From the NCBI RefSeq assembly GCF_035712445.1, contig NZ_DASTAT010000115.1:25583-89582 (forward strand): 64,000 bases of DNA. The letters run 5' to 3'. The stretch comes from Oligoflexus sp. (lineage in GTDB: Bacteria; Bdellovibrionota_B; Oligoflexia; Oligoflexales; Oligoflexaceae). Under the pieces are notes generated by a model that was not told the DNA's origin, searched no databases, and saw only the letters and a list, made by a program, of their open reading frames with translations. The position numbers and the translations under genes are program-made. Position 1 is the first letter of the stretch; the number at the start of each line of letters is the position of its first letter. Positions 44,268 to 53,901 of this stretch are shown here, piece after piece.

Positions 44268-44432
44268 GTGTGTGTCTCCGCAAGCCAAGGGTTGGTGTCT
44301 GGCTCTTATCCTTTCGCAAATCCTATGCCGCCACTTTTCAGGTCATTTTGGCCGAAAAGGCGCAACTTTCAGTCCTCAGCAGGACGTATCACGGCAGGAA
44401 TTTGTTGCAGCTGTGAACGAGAGTTTACACGC

Positions 44433-46364
44433 TCAGGCAGGCGTTGAGGGAATTTCCACATAGTAGAGGGCCTTGGCATCCCGGTCATCACGGACCTGTA
44501 TGCCGGCTCCCTCCAGATCGAAGCTCTTGAAGCGCTCGCGCATTTCCGCGTCCAGGCTCATCCAGACCTTCCTTTGAATGATGATGACGCTGCTGGGGGC
44601 GCCATCGGGGAAGATGGTGCGGCGCATGCCTTCATATCGCGTTGCCAGAATCACGGAGCGGCCATAGACGTCGTATTCACGGGTACCTGTCGAAGGGAAA
44701 TAGCCTTCGATCGTATCGTAGGCGATCCCGATGCTGCAGTGAATAGGTTCGGCATAGGCGAAGAGACGAGCCTCTTCATGAAAAATCTGCACAAAACGCA
44801 GAGCCAGCTGCACCGAGGAATTGGCAAGGTTTCCCATGCCCGGCGTTCGGAAGGGAAAACCCACCGAGCATAGAAAGCCATCACCCATCTCTTTGATGCG
44901 GTAGCCTGTGGCCGTCAGCTGCTCGGGATCGTAGCCTTCGTCAATAATGGAAAGACAGCGTTTGATGGAGTTTTCCAAAAACGACTTCACATGAATATGC
45001 TCGATCCGCGAGGAACCGATGATATCAAAGGCCAGAACGCAGGCCGTGCTCTTGCCGGTCGGCATCGTTTCTTCCAGGGGTTTGCCCTGCTGCATCATAT
45101 GCAGCTGATGCGGATAGAACACCTTGGCGAGCTGATTATAGCTGTGGCGCCGCATTTTTTCCTCGACCCTGAGGTTTTGAAAGAAGCGGTCATAGATCTG
45201 CGCGATGGCAAAGGACTGGCAGATGGTGAAGATCAGAAAGCCGATATGGAAGAAAAAGGCCTGCAGTTCATTGAACACAAAGATATTGATGAGGTCGATC
45301 ACCGAAGCCAGAAGAATGGCCAGGGCCCCGATGGCAATGGTCAGGGCCGCCGTTCTTTTCAGGTAAACAGCCCGGAAGATGACGAGGATGAACCAGATGG
45401 AAAAACCCGACCCCAGAATGAAGAACCAGTTGATCAAATGCGTGAAGGTCAAAGAGGGCAGGAGGAGCGTGCAACTCAGAACCACGAAACTGCCAATGGC
45501 CACCAGCACCCAGCGCATCTTTAATTCATCAGGGAAAAGACGCTGGACATAAAACCAGATCAGCGGCGGGCAGAGATAAAGGCTCAGGTATTCCATGCGG
45601 AACATCGTCACCCAGCTAAGGTCATCGATGAAAAACTCAAAGATGCGCGTGCCGACCGTCGAAAGGCGCGTGCCCACCGCGAGGCAGCAGAAGGAAAAGG
45701 CAATCGTCACGATTTCACGGCGCAAAAAGAAGAGAGCCAGATGATAGATGCCAATGGCCCAGATGCCACCGATGAAGGCGATTTCGATGAGTTGATTCAT
45801 CCGCGCCGTATGCGTCAGACTTTCGAAACTTCCTATGCGCATCGCTCGCCAGGTGCCGCCGCGCGCATGATGGAAATTGGAGATCTGCACGACGATGTCA
45901 TAGCTTCCCGCATCCGGCAGGCGAAGAATGCCTGAATTCCTGGAGGGAATGGATGTTTCCTCGGTCGTGCCGACGTTTCCGGCCTTGAAGAACTCAACGC
46001 CATTCACAAAAATCTTCACGGCTGTCGACATGTGCGGAATCTCAAGTGCCATGTCCTTGGCATCACCGACATCGACCCGCAGATGATAGGTCGCATATCC
46101 ACAGCAGACTTTCAGCTGCTTATGCCAGGTCGCGGGCATGGGGAAATATTGGATAGGTATCCGTTTTTTCACCTCGTCCGGAGATAAAAGCTCCATCCAG
46201 AAAAATTCCCAATGACCCTGAAGAAAGGTGGCATCCCCACGCGCGAAATTCCATTTGCGCAGATCAAGGTAACCAGGCTGCGTGGGAATAGCCGCCTCAC
46301 TCGCCGATGCAGTGAAGATGCCGGCAAGAAGCAGGGTCCATAACAATCGAAGCAGTTTTCCCAT
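44433..46364 (-). CDS. 7TM-DISM sensor with class III adenylate/guanylate cyclase domain
   Basis: Signal peptide, 7TM region, AFDIIGSS, KEMGDG, YDVYGRSVILATRYE. Confidence 0.85.
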   Translation of the reverse strand: MGKLLRLLWTLLLAGIFTASASEAAIPTQPGYLDLRKWNFARGDATFLQGHWEFFWMELLSPDEVKKRIPIQYFPMPATWHKQLKVCCGYATYHLRVDVGDAKDMALEIPHMSTAVKIFVNGVEFFKAGNVGTTEETSIPSRNSGILRLPDAGSYDIVVQISNFHHARGGTWRAMRIGSFESLTHTARMNQLIEIAFIGGIWAIGIYHLALFFLRREIVTIAFSFCCLAVGTRLSTVGTRIFEFFIDDLSWVTMFRMEYLSLYLCPPLIWFYVQRLFPDELKMRWVLVAIGSFVVLSCTLLLPSLTFTHLINWFFILGSGFSIWFILVIFRAVYLKRTAALTIAIGALAILLASVIDLINIFVFNELQAFFFHIGFLIFTICQSFAIAQIYDRFFQNLRVEEKMRRHSYNQLAKVFYPHQLHMMQQGKPLEETMPTGKSTACVLAFDIIGSSRIEHIHVKSFLENSIKRCLSIIDEGYDPEQLTATGYRIKEMGDGFLCSVGFPFRTPGMGNLANSSVQLALRFVQIFHEEARLFAYAEPIHCSIGIAYDTIEGYFPSTGTREYDVYGRSVILATRYEGMRRTIFPDGAPSSVIIIQRKVWMSLDAEMRERFKSFDLEGAGIQVRDDRDAKALYYVEIPSTPA

Positions 46365-46414
46365 GCCCTCGTAGTCGGCATTTTCGGCTGAAAGATAAGG
46401 ATCTTGCGAAGATT

Positions 46415-46723
46415 TTAAAGCAGGCTTTTGATGAACTGAACCATGCCCTGCGAGTAAATTTTATCGTCTGCAAAAATTTTCCAGAAAGCCGTGTGATCCT
46501 GGACTTTTAAGGAAAGGTGAACACGAGTTCCGGGAAGGATAGGGGCCGGGAATTTGGCTTTCCTGACCTCGCTCAGCGTCAGACTCTGATCCAGGATCCT
46601 TTGCAAATGATCGAGCACCAGATCGAGCTGCGCCACAGCAGGGAAAATCGGATGTCCGGGAAAATGCCCATCGAAACAGGGATGGTCCGCGGGAATCAGG
46701 ATGTTTTCAACAGTAAAGTCCAC
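46415..46723 (-). CDS. Hotdog-fold dehydratase (ApeI-like)
   Basis: HPCFDGHFPGHPIFPAVAQL, KFPAPILPG. Confidence 0.82.
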   Translation of the reverse strand: MDFTVENILIPADHPCFDGHFPGHPIFPAVAQLDLVLDHLQRILDQSLTLSEVRKAKFPAPILPGTRVHLSLKVQDHTAFWKIFADDKIYSQGMVQFIKSLL

Positions 46724-47429
46724 CGTTCACCTGAATCGTTGTGCCATTGATATAGGAGCTTGCGTTGGAGGCGAGAAAACCAACCACCTGCGCGACTTCA
46801 TCCGGTTCACCCATGCGTCCTATGGGAATGGCTTTGATCTGCTCAGGACCCACGACAGCGTCGGTCATGTCGGTCGCGATCCAGCCGGGACTCACGCAAT
46901 TGACGAGGATCCCTTTGCGAGCCACTTCCCGCGCGAGTGATTTGCTGGCCGCGACCAAAGCGCCTTTGGCCGCCGCATAATTGGTCTGTCCAGCCTGTCC
47001 CGTTTCACCGGCGAGACTGGCCAAAAGAATGATGCGACCCCAACGCTGTTGAATCATATGGGGAAGAAAGGCCTTGTTCAGGTGATAGAAGGAATTCAAA
47101 GCCAGCTGAATCGGCTCAAAAAAAGCCTTTTCCTCAAGGAAATAAAAAAGACCATCCGCCTTGCTCGCGGCATTGTGAATCACGATATCAAAACCCGGCT
47201 GCCAATCCAGGGCCGTTTTCACACAGGTTTCAATGGATCCGGGATCATTCAAATCCATCGAAAATGCGCGGATATGATCCTCGCCGTTCAGATCCTTGAT
47301 CAAGGCGCTGGCCGTGTCCGCACCCTTGCAGTATGTGAAGGCTACCGAATGATGCGGGAGCGAAGCAAAATGCCGAACGAGGGCGGCGCCAATGCCGCGA
47401 TTGCCGCCGGTGATGAAAACGCGCTTCAT
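46707..47429 (-). CDS. 3-oxoacyl-ACP reductase (FabG/ApeQ-like)
   Basis: TGGNRGIG, GQTNYAAAK (YxxxK), VNCVSPGWIATDM, NGGL. Confidence 0.9.
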   Translation of the reverse strand: MKRVFITGGNRGIGAALVRHFASLPHHSVAFTYCKGADTASALIKDLNGEDHIRAFSMDLNDPGSIETCVKTALDWQPGFDIVIHNAASKADGLFYFLEEKAFFEPIQLALNSFYHLNKAFLPHMIQQRWGRIILLASLAGETGQAGQTNYAAAKGALVAASKSLAREVARKGILVNCVSPGWIATDMTDAVVGPEQIKAIPIGRMGEPDEVAQVVGFLASNASSYINGTTIQVNGGLYC

Positions 47430-47860
47430 GATACCGATCCTCGGGTTTCCTGGTAAAAACTCATCATGGATCGGGCCACGGTTTCACCCTGGTATTCCAG
47501 GGTAATGCTCGCCTGGCTTAAGGCATCCATCTCGGTTTCTATGGTGACTTCAGCCAGCATCGCATCCCCGGGAACCAAGGGTGGTCTTTGCAGCAGCGCC
47601 CATTCCCTGATGGATAATAAAAATCCAGGGGCCGGGGCCCCATGATCCGAACCGCGCAGCGCGCCGCAAACCGTCGCTGCGGCCTGAGCCATTATCTCAA
47701 GCAGCCAGTGATAGCGAAAACTTTCGCTTTCGTTCCAGTAGGGCTTGCCCTTCGCGAGGATACTGCTCACACGACCCTTCTTTTGACCGGGATCCAGATC
47801 AATCAGATCATTGACGAGGAGCATGGGGCCCTTATGCGGAATCAAGGTATCGGGAGCCAT
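47426..47860 (-). CDS. Hotdog-fold dehydratase (ApeP-like)
   Basis: LIPHKGPMLLV, LEIMAQAAA, PGFLLSIR. Confidence 0.8.
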   Translation of the reverse strand: MAPDTLIPHKGPMLLVNDLIDLDPGQKKGRVSSILAKGKPYWNESESFRYHWLLEIMAQAAATVCGALRGSDHGAPAPGFLLSIREWALLQRPPLVPGDAMLAEVTIETEMDALSQASITLEYQGETVARSMMSFYQETRGSVS

Positions 47861-48555
47861 CGGGTGACCAGACTTTCTCCTGAAAGGGAGCGGACCAAGC
47901 GGGCCGCAAGAGGACGTCCCTGGTTCAGGAGCCAGGGTGGAATCCTTGAATCGTGTTCCGTAAAAATTTCAGGACTGCTGCTGTTAAAATCGTCGAGCGT
48001 TCCCTCGCGGCAGAAATCGAGGACCTGCAGTGCATTGTCAGCCTGATTGCCGAGCAAAAGGATTTCCGCCTGGGCCCGATCGGCTCCATTCGATCCCAGA
48101 TACTCATGAGCATGAATGACAAAGCTCATGGAATCGAGGCCATGCACCATGCGCAATTGCGCAAGCTGCAGGCAGTTATCCGCAGACAGAAAACCACCCG
48201 AGAGAGCATAGCAGGCATGCCGAATGCCGTGAGTCATGGATAAATAGGCGAGCGCCGCATTCTGCACGGAATGCTGAAATTCCTTGGGTGAAACAGGCAG
48301 ATCATGATCGGCGATGGCCCGCGTGACCTGAAGCATGGCACTCAGCTCGCCAAAGCCACTGGAATAAAAGATTGGCGCTTCCTGCTCACGGGCTTTCCGC
48401 ATGGCATCGGGAGCGAGAGCATCCAAAGCGGCAAAGGCTTGCACGACCGATTTTTGAAGAGCGGTCATGCGCCGGAAAAAAGGTGAAGCCAGGCGCAGCT
48501 GACTTTCCGCTGTCCACTCTTCCGACACTGCTGCGTGAAGATAAACCTTGTTCAT
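47842..48555 (-). CDS. Ketosynthase chain-length factor (aryl-polyene type)
   Basis: RRMT, SGFGEL and SPKEFQHSVQNA match the SPxxFxxSVHNA CLF pattern; no catalytic Cys. Confidence 0.78.
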   Translation of the reverse strand: MNKVYLHAAVSEEWTAESQLRLASPFFRRMTALQKSVVQAFAALDALAPDAMRKAREQEAPIFYSSGFGELSAMLQVTRAIADHDLPVSPKEFQHSVQNAALAYLSMTHGIRHACYALSGGFLSADNCLQLAQLRMVHGLDSMSFVIHAHEYLGSNGADRAQAEILLLGNQADNALQVLDFCREGTLDDFNSSSPEIFTEHDSRIPPWLLNQGRPLAARLVRSLSGESLVTRWLPIP

Positions 48556-49655
48556 GGCTGCTCCGCCGCAAAAAGCAGGGAAATATTGCTGCCGCCGAAG
48601 CCAAAGGAATTGCTGAGGGCCTTCTTATGCCCGCGCAGCCGCAGCATCGCAACGGTGATGGCCGCTTCCAAAGCACCGGCCGCACCCAGATAATGGCCGC
48701 TGAGGCCCTTGGTTGCATGCAGACGATCCAGCTGCCCAAACACAGCCGTCACAGCGTCGGCTTCAGCGGCATCGTTGCCTTCCGTGCCGGTGCCGTGCGC
48801 GTTGATATAATCCACAGCATCCGGGGTCCAGCCTGCATTCGCTAAAGCCAATTCCATGGTTTTTTTCATCCAGACGCCCTGAGGTGCAGGCTGCACCATA
48901 TGATGCGCCTCGGAAAGAGCGGCATAGGCGCGAATCGTGGCGAGTCCCGGGCTTTTCGGTTCTTTTTCCAAAAGCAGAAGAGCCCCGCCTTCACCCAGAT
49001 TGATGCCTTTGCGATTCGGTGAAAAAGGCTGGCAGACATCATGATCGAGGATCTGAAGACTGTCGAAGCCATGCAGGGTCACGCGGTTTAAGATATCAAT
49101 GCCCCCCGCAATCGCAACCTTGCACATGCCGGAGCGCACCGCATCAAAAGCCTGGCCGATGGCCTGGGCCGCAGCCGCGCAGCTTGATGAAAACGTGAAG
49201 TGAGGGCCGCGGAGCGGAAAGATTTTCCGCATTTCCTGCGTGATCCATACCTGCTGCATATCAGGGGAAAGGAAATTCATAAGCGGCAGACCCGAGGCGC
49301 GATGCTGGGAAAGAGCAGAAAAAAATCCATCAATGCCACAGGTCGTCGTGCCCACGAAAAAACCGATATCCTGCGGCGCGAAACGATCAAAGACCCCGGT
49401 CTCGCTGTGCAGCCGCTCGATCATGCCCTGCATCACGCGGCGCATGACCTGATCGGATTTCATGCGGTCCTCGGGTGGAACGCCGTAAGCCTCCAAAGGC
49501 AATTCGCCGAGCGGAGCCGGGATCCATTCCGCAAAACGGTGATCGCGTCTTATACCCGCTTTTTTGTCGATAACGGCCGCACCCAGGTCCTGCCAGCACG
49601 AGCCAAGAGCCGACGCGACGCTGATGCCTGTGATGCTGATGGGGGCGCTTTGCAT
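48552..49655 (-). CDS. Beta-ketoacyl-ACP synthase (aryl-polyene-type KS)
   Basis: SSSCAA catalytic Cys, AHGTGT and GHYLGAAG histidines, SNSFGFGGSN. Confidence 0.9.
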   Translation of the reverse strand: MQSAPISITGISVASALGSCWQDLGAAVIDKKAGIRRDHRFAEWIPAPLGELPLEAYGVPPEDRMKSDQVMRRVMQGMIERLHSETGVFDRFAPQDIGFFVGTTTCGIDGFFSALSQHRASGLPLMNFLSPDMQQVWITQEMRKIFPLRGPHFTFSSSCAAAAQAIGQAFDAVRSGMCKVAIAGGIDILNRVTLHGFDSLQILDHDVCQPFSPNRKGINLGEGGALLLLEKEPKSPGLATIRAYAALSEAHHMVQPAPQGVWMKKTMELALANAGWTPDAVDYINAHGTGTEGNDAAEADAVTAVFGQLDRLHATKGLSGHYLGAAGALEAAITVAMLRLRGHKKALSNSFGFGGSNISLLFAAEQP

Positions 49656-49658
49656 GAT

Positions 49659-49943
49659 TTAGTTCGCTGCCTGCATTTGGCTTTGGTGGATGGCTTGAGC
49701 GATGCTGCTGACGTTCCGCAGAACACTGCGGCCGTTCTCATCATTTTTGACTTTGATCGCATAGCGTTTATCGAGTGCGACCACGAGTTCCAGGACATCT
49801 ATGGAATCGAGTCCAAGACCATCCTGAAAAAGCGAGAGCTGATCGTCAATGCGGTCCGGCGTCATGCCGGGCAGATTGGAAACCTCAAGCAGGAGCTGCT
49901 TGATTTCGCTTTTGATTTCGTCGACTGACTTTTGCTCCGGCAT
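49659..49943 (-). CDS. Acyl carrier protein (ApeE-like)
   Basis: LFQDGLGLDSIDVLEL phosphopantetheine Ser motif. Confidence 0.92.
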   Translation of the reverse strand: MPEQKSVDEIKSEIKQLLLEVSNLPGMTPDRIDDQLSLFQDGLGLDSIDVLELVVALDKRYAIKVKNDENGRSVLRNVSSIAQAIHQSQMQAAN

Positions 49944-49973
49944 AGTAATATCAACCTCCCAAGGTACTCATTC

Positions 49974-51071
49974 TCAAGAATCCTGCTGCGGCCTCAGCAC
50001 CATCAAACTGTGGCTGATCCCGAGGTTGTCGATGATGTTCTCCAGACGGAAACCGGCCTCATGGGTCAGGCGCACTATCGTTCGGGTGTCATACATTTTA
50101 CTTTGCCCATTGGCAATGGCCGTGAAATACGGCGAGGTTTGCAAGAGGCAATACGCAGGCACCTTCGGCTGCCGATCCCAGAATGTGTCCAGGATGAAAA
50201 GACGCCCATCGGGTGTAAGCGAGGATCGTGCCAGCTGCAGGATTTTCAAAACGTCTTCTTCGTTAAAGCACACCAGAAACTGGCTCATCCATGCCGCCTG
50301 GAATCCGGAAGGCAAAGTGGCGTGAGGAGACAGCAGGTCAACGGCATGGTAATGCAGGCGTTGGCGCCAGGGTTCATTCTGACTTTCCGCCTGGGAAAGT
50401 TCAATCTGCGAAGGAAGATCGGCGATCGTGACATTCAGCTGGGGCTTCGCAGTCAGACAGGTGCGGGCAAAGCGTCCCGTATTGCCGCCGATATCGAGGA
50501 GGCTCCGCACATCCTCCGCGAATATCATCGGCAGAGCTGCGCCAAATGCTGAATCAGAATAGTAATGATCAAAAGCGAGCCAGGACTTGCGTATGTGGTC
50601 CGGCAGCTCATTCAGCCCCTCATACACGGTGGGCCAGGGGCCGAGCTCCTTCAATCCGGCAGGTTTGCCGGTACGCAGCGCCTCTTCCAGGTGAAAAAGA
50701 CCCTTGAAACACACGTCATAGATGAAATCAAAGTTGATGGCCGTCATCGTATCCAGGGCCAGCACATGCCCGAGTTTGGTCAGATGGAAACGATCGTCCT
50801 GTTGCCGCAGTGCGCCCATGGCCAGACCGGATTCGAAAAGAATGCGGACAGCATAAACGCTCAGATCAAGACGTTCCGCCGCACCGTCCACGCTCAAACC
50901 TTCACCGACGGCGTCTTCAAGTGCAGTCAGGACTCCCATGCGCTTCATCGCCATGCAGACCATGAAGCTGACAGGAGCAAAGGCAAGTTTCTGAGCTTCC
51001 AGCATGGCTTCTTCGAGATTTTGCCGCCCGGGCGAAAAGCGGGGAGTGGTTTGGAATAGGGAATCGAGCAC
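49974..51071 (-). CDS. SAM-dependent O-methyltransferase (ApeB-like)
   Basis: EAQKLAFAP N-terminus, LLDIGGNTG, WMSQFLVCF, SPYFTAIANGQSKMY; GTG 51071 six nt after AAGGAG. Confidence 0.85.
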   Translation of the reverse strand: MLDSLFQTTPRFSPGRQNLEEAMLEAQKLAFAPVSFMVCMAMKRMGVLTALEDAVGEGLSVDGAAERLDLSVYAVRILFESGLAMGALRQQDDRFHLTKLGHVLALDTMTAINFDFIYDVCFKGLFHLEEALRTGKPAGLKELGPWPTVYEGLNELPDHIRKSWLAFDHYYSDSAFGAALPMIFAEDVRSLLDIGGNTGRFARTCLTAKPQLNVTIADLPSQIELSQAESQNEPWRQRLHYHAVDLLSPHATLPSGFQAAWMSQFLVCFNEEDVLKILQLARSSLTPDGRLFILDTFWDRQPKVPAYCLLQTSPYFTAIANGQSKMYDTRTIVRLTHEAGFRLENIIDNLGISHSLMVLRPQQDS

Positions 51072-51139
51072 GGAAAACTCCTTGCGGCTGCGCTCCACTT
51101 CAAGCCTGAATCCATTGAAGCATCAAGGATTGAAGGGCG

Positions 51140-51169
51140 TTGACAGATAAAGGCAAAAGATCTTAGGTT
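51140..51169 (+). promoter_or_regulatory. Possible sigma70 promoter for the heptosyltransferase gene
   Basis: TTGACA-N18-TAGGTT. Confidence 0.35.
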
Positions 51170-51305
51170 CAAGTGGGATAGCAGGACAGCTCGTCCCGGA
51201 CAGGGAAAATTTCACGCCGTCAGCAATGAAGCCTTGGGATCTTGAAGAAGATTAGCGTTTGCACAAGGGGCTGGCAAGCACAACGAATTGACAGGTAATC
51301 GCAGG

Positions 51306-52361
51306 ATGAAGCCAAATCTTGAAACTGTGCAGAATATCATCTGGATCCAGACGAGTTTTCTGGGTGACATCATCCTGCAGACCGCTGCTTTGAATTATGT
51401 GAAAGCGCAGCATCCTTCCCTACGGCAGTATCTGATCACCACGCCTTTGGGCGCCAAGGCTTTGGGTGGGCATCCGGCGCTGGATAAAATCGTGGTCTTT
51501 GACAAGCGCGGCCGGTCGATGCGCAAGGCTGTTCAGTCGGTGAAAAGCGACTTAAAGGACTGTGGACGGGAAGGGACAGTCCTGCTTCAGGCGCACCGGA
51601 GCGTAAGATCCAGTCTTTTGGCTGCGGCGCTTGGCTTCTACACGATCACTTACGATGAAACGAAATTTGGTTTCCTCGCCGATCGGCGCGTGCCGCGTGT
51701 GGCTGTTCTGCATGAGACCCAGCGCATCAGTCTATTGCTGGAACCGCTCGGTGCATCGCGGGCAGAGCTTTTTACCGCGCGGCCCTCGCTGGCTTCCGCG
51801 TCCACGCCTTTGGCTGTTGACCTGCAAAAACGTACGCAGGGTCAAGGGCTCGTCGCGATTGCTCCGGGCAGTGTCTGGGGCACCAAGCGTTGGCCGGTTT
51901 CGCATTTTATTCCGATGGCGCGCATCCTTTTGAAAGAAACGCCGCATACTCTTTTGATTTTAGGCAGCCAGGACGAGCAGGCAGCCGCCGCGGCCATGGA
52001 AGAGGGACTGCAGGATTATGCGGCCCGGGTGATTAATCTAGCCGGGAAAACGAGTCTGGATGATCTGAGGGGGCTATATCCACTGCTGGATCTTTTGGTG
52101 AGCAACGATTCCTCGCCTTTGCATTATGCATCGGCATTTTCCGTGCCCACTCTGGCTATTTTTGGCGCCACGGTCCCCGGTTTGGGATTTGGACCCCTGG
52201 CCCCGCGAAGGCTGGTGGCGGAAGTGGAGCTTTCATGCCGGCCGTGCAGCGATCATGGACCGCAGGAGTGTCCACTCGGTCATTTCAATTGCATGAAGAC
52301 TCTGCTGCCGGAACGGGTGGCGTCGATGGCGCTTGGACTTTTGACGCCTGCATCCGCTTAG
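51306..52361 (+). CDS. waaF: GT9 lipopolysaccharide heptosyltransferase II-like protein
   Basis: QTSFLGDIIL, IAPGSVWGTKRWP, SNDSSPLHYA, FGAT, CRPCS..G...CPLGHFNCM. Confidence 0.85.
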   Translation: MKPNLETVQNIIWIQTSFLGDIILQTAALNYVKAQHPSLRQYLITTPLGAKALGGHPALDKIVVFDKRGRSMRKAVQSVKSDLKDCGREGTVLLQAHRSVRSSLLAAALGFYTITYDETKFGFLADRRVPRVAVLHETQRISLLLEPLGASRAELFTARPSLASASTPLAVDLQKRTQGQGLVAIAPGSVWGTKRWPVSHFIPMARILLKETPHTLLILGSQDEQAAAAAMEEGLQDYAARVINLAGKTSLDDLRGLYPLLDLLVSNDSSPLHYASAFSVPTLAIFGATVPGLGFGPLAPRRLVAEVELSCRPCSDHGPQECPLGHFNCMKTLLPERVASMALGLLTPASA

Positions 52362-52777
52362 AAAGAAATTTTCACCGAATCGCCCGAACGCCTGGCTGGA
52401 CCATGGTAGACGGCTTCGATGTTGTTGCCATCAGGATCCAGAACAAACGCCCCGTAATAGCCTTTGTGATAGGGCCTGAGTCCGGGCGGGCCGTTATCGC
52501 GACCTCCGGCTTTGATCGCGGCTTCGTGAAACTTTTGCACGGTCTGTTCATCGTGCGCTTGAAAGGCAAGATGCACACGACCGGTGAGTTCACCGTGCGC
52601 GGCCCGGCTTTCTTTGGATGAAATGAAAAGTTCATCCGCCCAGACATGATCCTCGGATTCACCGCCGAGCGGAATATCAAGAGCCGCGAAGATCGCCCGA
52701 TAAAATTTCTTGCTGGCTCCTATGTCCTTGACCACGATGTGGACATGATCAATGAGCCGTCCTCGATAAACATCCAT
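52358..52777 (-). CDS. VOC/glyoxalase family protein
   Basis: IDHVHIVV, HLAFQA, GGRDNGPPGLRP.YH.GYYGAFVLDPDGNNIEAV. Confidence 0.9.
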   Translation of the reverse strand: MDVYRGRLIDHVHIVVKDIGASKKFYRAIFAALDIPLGGESEDHVWADELFISSKESRAAHGELTGRVHLAFQAHDEQTVQKFHEAAIKAGGRDNGPPGLRPYHKGYYGAFVLDPDGNNIEAVYHGPARRSGDSVKISF

Positions 52778-52920
52778 GAATTGGTTCCCCCTTTTCCGTT
52801 ACATTATAAAGAATGAATGCTGAAATCCACTGCCAATCCTGAAAAATGCAATTCAGGGACTTACCCACTTTGCGGCGGCGTCTTGCATCATGCATACTGA
52901 GGAAAAACCGGAGGCTCGCC

Positions 52921-53412
52921 ATGACATTCGACCAGATGATCACCTTCATTGTGGATCGCATCGAGAAGGGTTATGCCAACCATCCTGATGATAACGGCGG
53001 GGAAACGAACTGGGGCATCAGCGCGCGTGCGCATCCCGAACTCAAGGGGCGGATCAAGACGCTGACGCAAGACGAAGCGAAGAAGATTTATCGCAATGCC
53101 TATTTCACGCCCGCGCAGATTGCGAAGTATCCTGCCAAGGTTCGTCTGGCTGTGTTCGATGGGGCCATCCATCACGGTGTTGTGAGCAACAATAAAATCG
53201 TGCAGCGAGCCTTGAATCGCATGGGCTATAAGCTTCCGGTCGATGGCGTGGTGGGGCCGATGACCCTGGCCGCTTTGAAGAAGGCGGATCCTTTGACCTT
53301 CCTTGCCACCTACAGTCAGCAGCGGCTGGAGCTCTTCAAAAAGCACGAAGACTACGACTGGGCCGGGGCGGGCTGGGAATACCGACTGTTTCTGATCTGT
53401 GCCGCGTCCTAG
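52921..53412 (+). CDS. Glycoside hydrolase family 108 lysozyme with peptidoglycan-binding region
   Basis: EKGYANHPDDNGGETNWGIS, FDGAIHHG, DGVVGPMTL, GWEYR; start reassigned to ATG 52921. Confidence 0.88.
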   Translation: MTFDQMITFIVDRIEKGYANHPDDNGGETNWGISARAHPELKGRIKTLTQDEAKKIYRNAYFTPAQIAKYPAKVRLAVFDGAIHHGVVSNNKIVQRALNRMGYKLPVDGVVGPMTLAALKKADPLTFLATYSQQRLELFKKHEDYDWAGAGWEYRLFLICAAS

Positions 53413-53558
53413 TGACACTATTTTATTACCCTTATGGCGGACTCGCGGCCCAATCCCTCGCGAAAAGCCTTTCCCCACCTTGGCCCTTGTATTAGGTTAG
53501 GCAGGCAAAATCCCCATCCTGGGGAACGATCTTTTTTTGAACGGGAAAGGATATCACC

Positions 53559-53876
53559 ATGGGTGAACAGGACGCACTTGCGACCATTAAGAGCGACGTG
53601 GAAAGCAATAAGGTGTTTCTCTACATGAAAGGCACTCCTGATGCGCCTCAGTGCGGTTTCTCCGCGCAGGTCGTTCAGGTTCTGAAAAATTACGGCATCA
53701 ATTACGGTTCGCGGAATGTCCTCGAAGACTGGGACATCCGTGAAGGCATCAAGAAATTCGCCAACTGGCCGACGATTCCCCAGCTCTATGTGAAAGGCAA
53801 ATTCGTCGGCGGCTGCGATATCGTTTCGGAAATGCATCGCAAAGGCCAGCTGGCCGAAGTGCTGAAAGACCTCTAA
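53559..53876 (+). CDS. grxD: Monothiol glutaredoxin Grx4
   Basis: MKGTPDAPQCGFS, WPTIPQLY, GGCDI. Confidence 0.95.
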   Translation: MGEQDALATIKSDVESNKVFLYMKGTPDAPQCGFSAQVVQVLKNYGINYGSRNVLEDWDIREGIKKFANWPTIPQLYVKGKFVGGCDIVSEMHRKGQLAEVLKDL

Positions 53877-53901
53877 GATCTTCCATGAAGGATATGTGAG
53901 T

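Noticed and set aside
38418-46414. Mobile element or genomic island inserted in the PKS cluster
   Set aside because: No transposase, integrase, tRNA attachment site or flanking direct repeats were seen; it is kept only as a gene-order observation.
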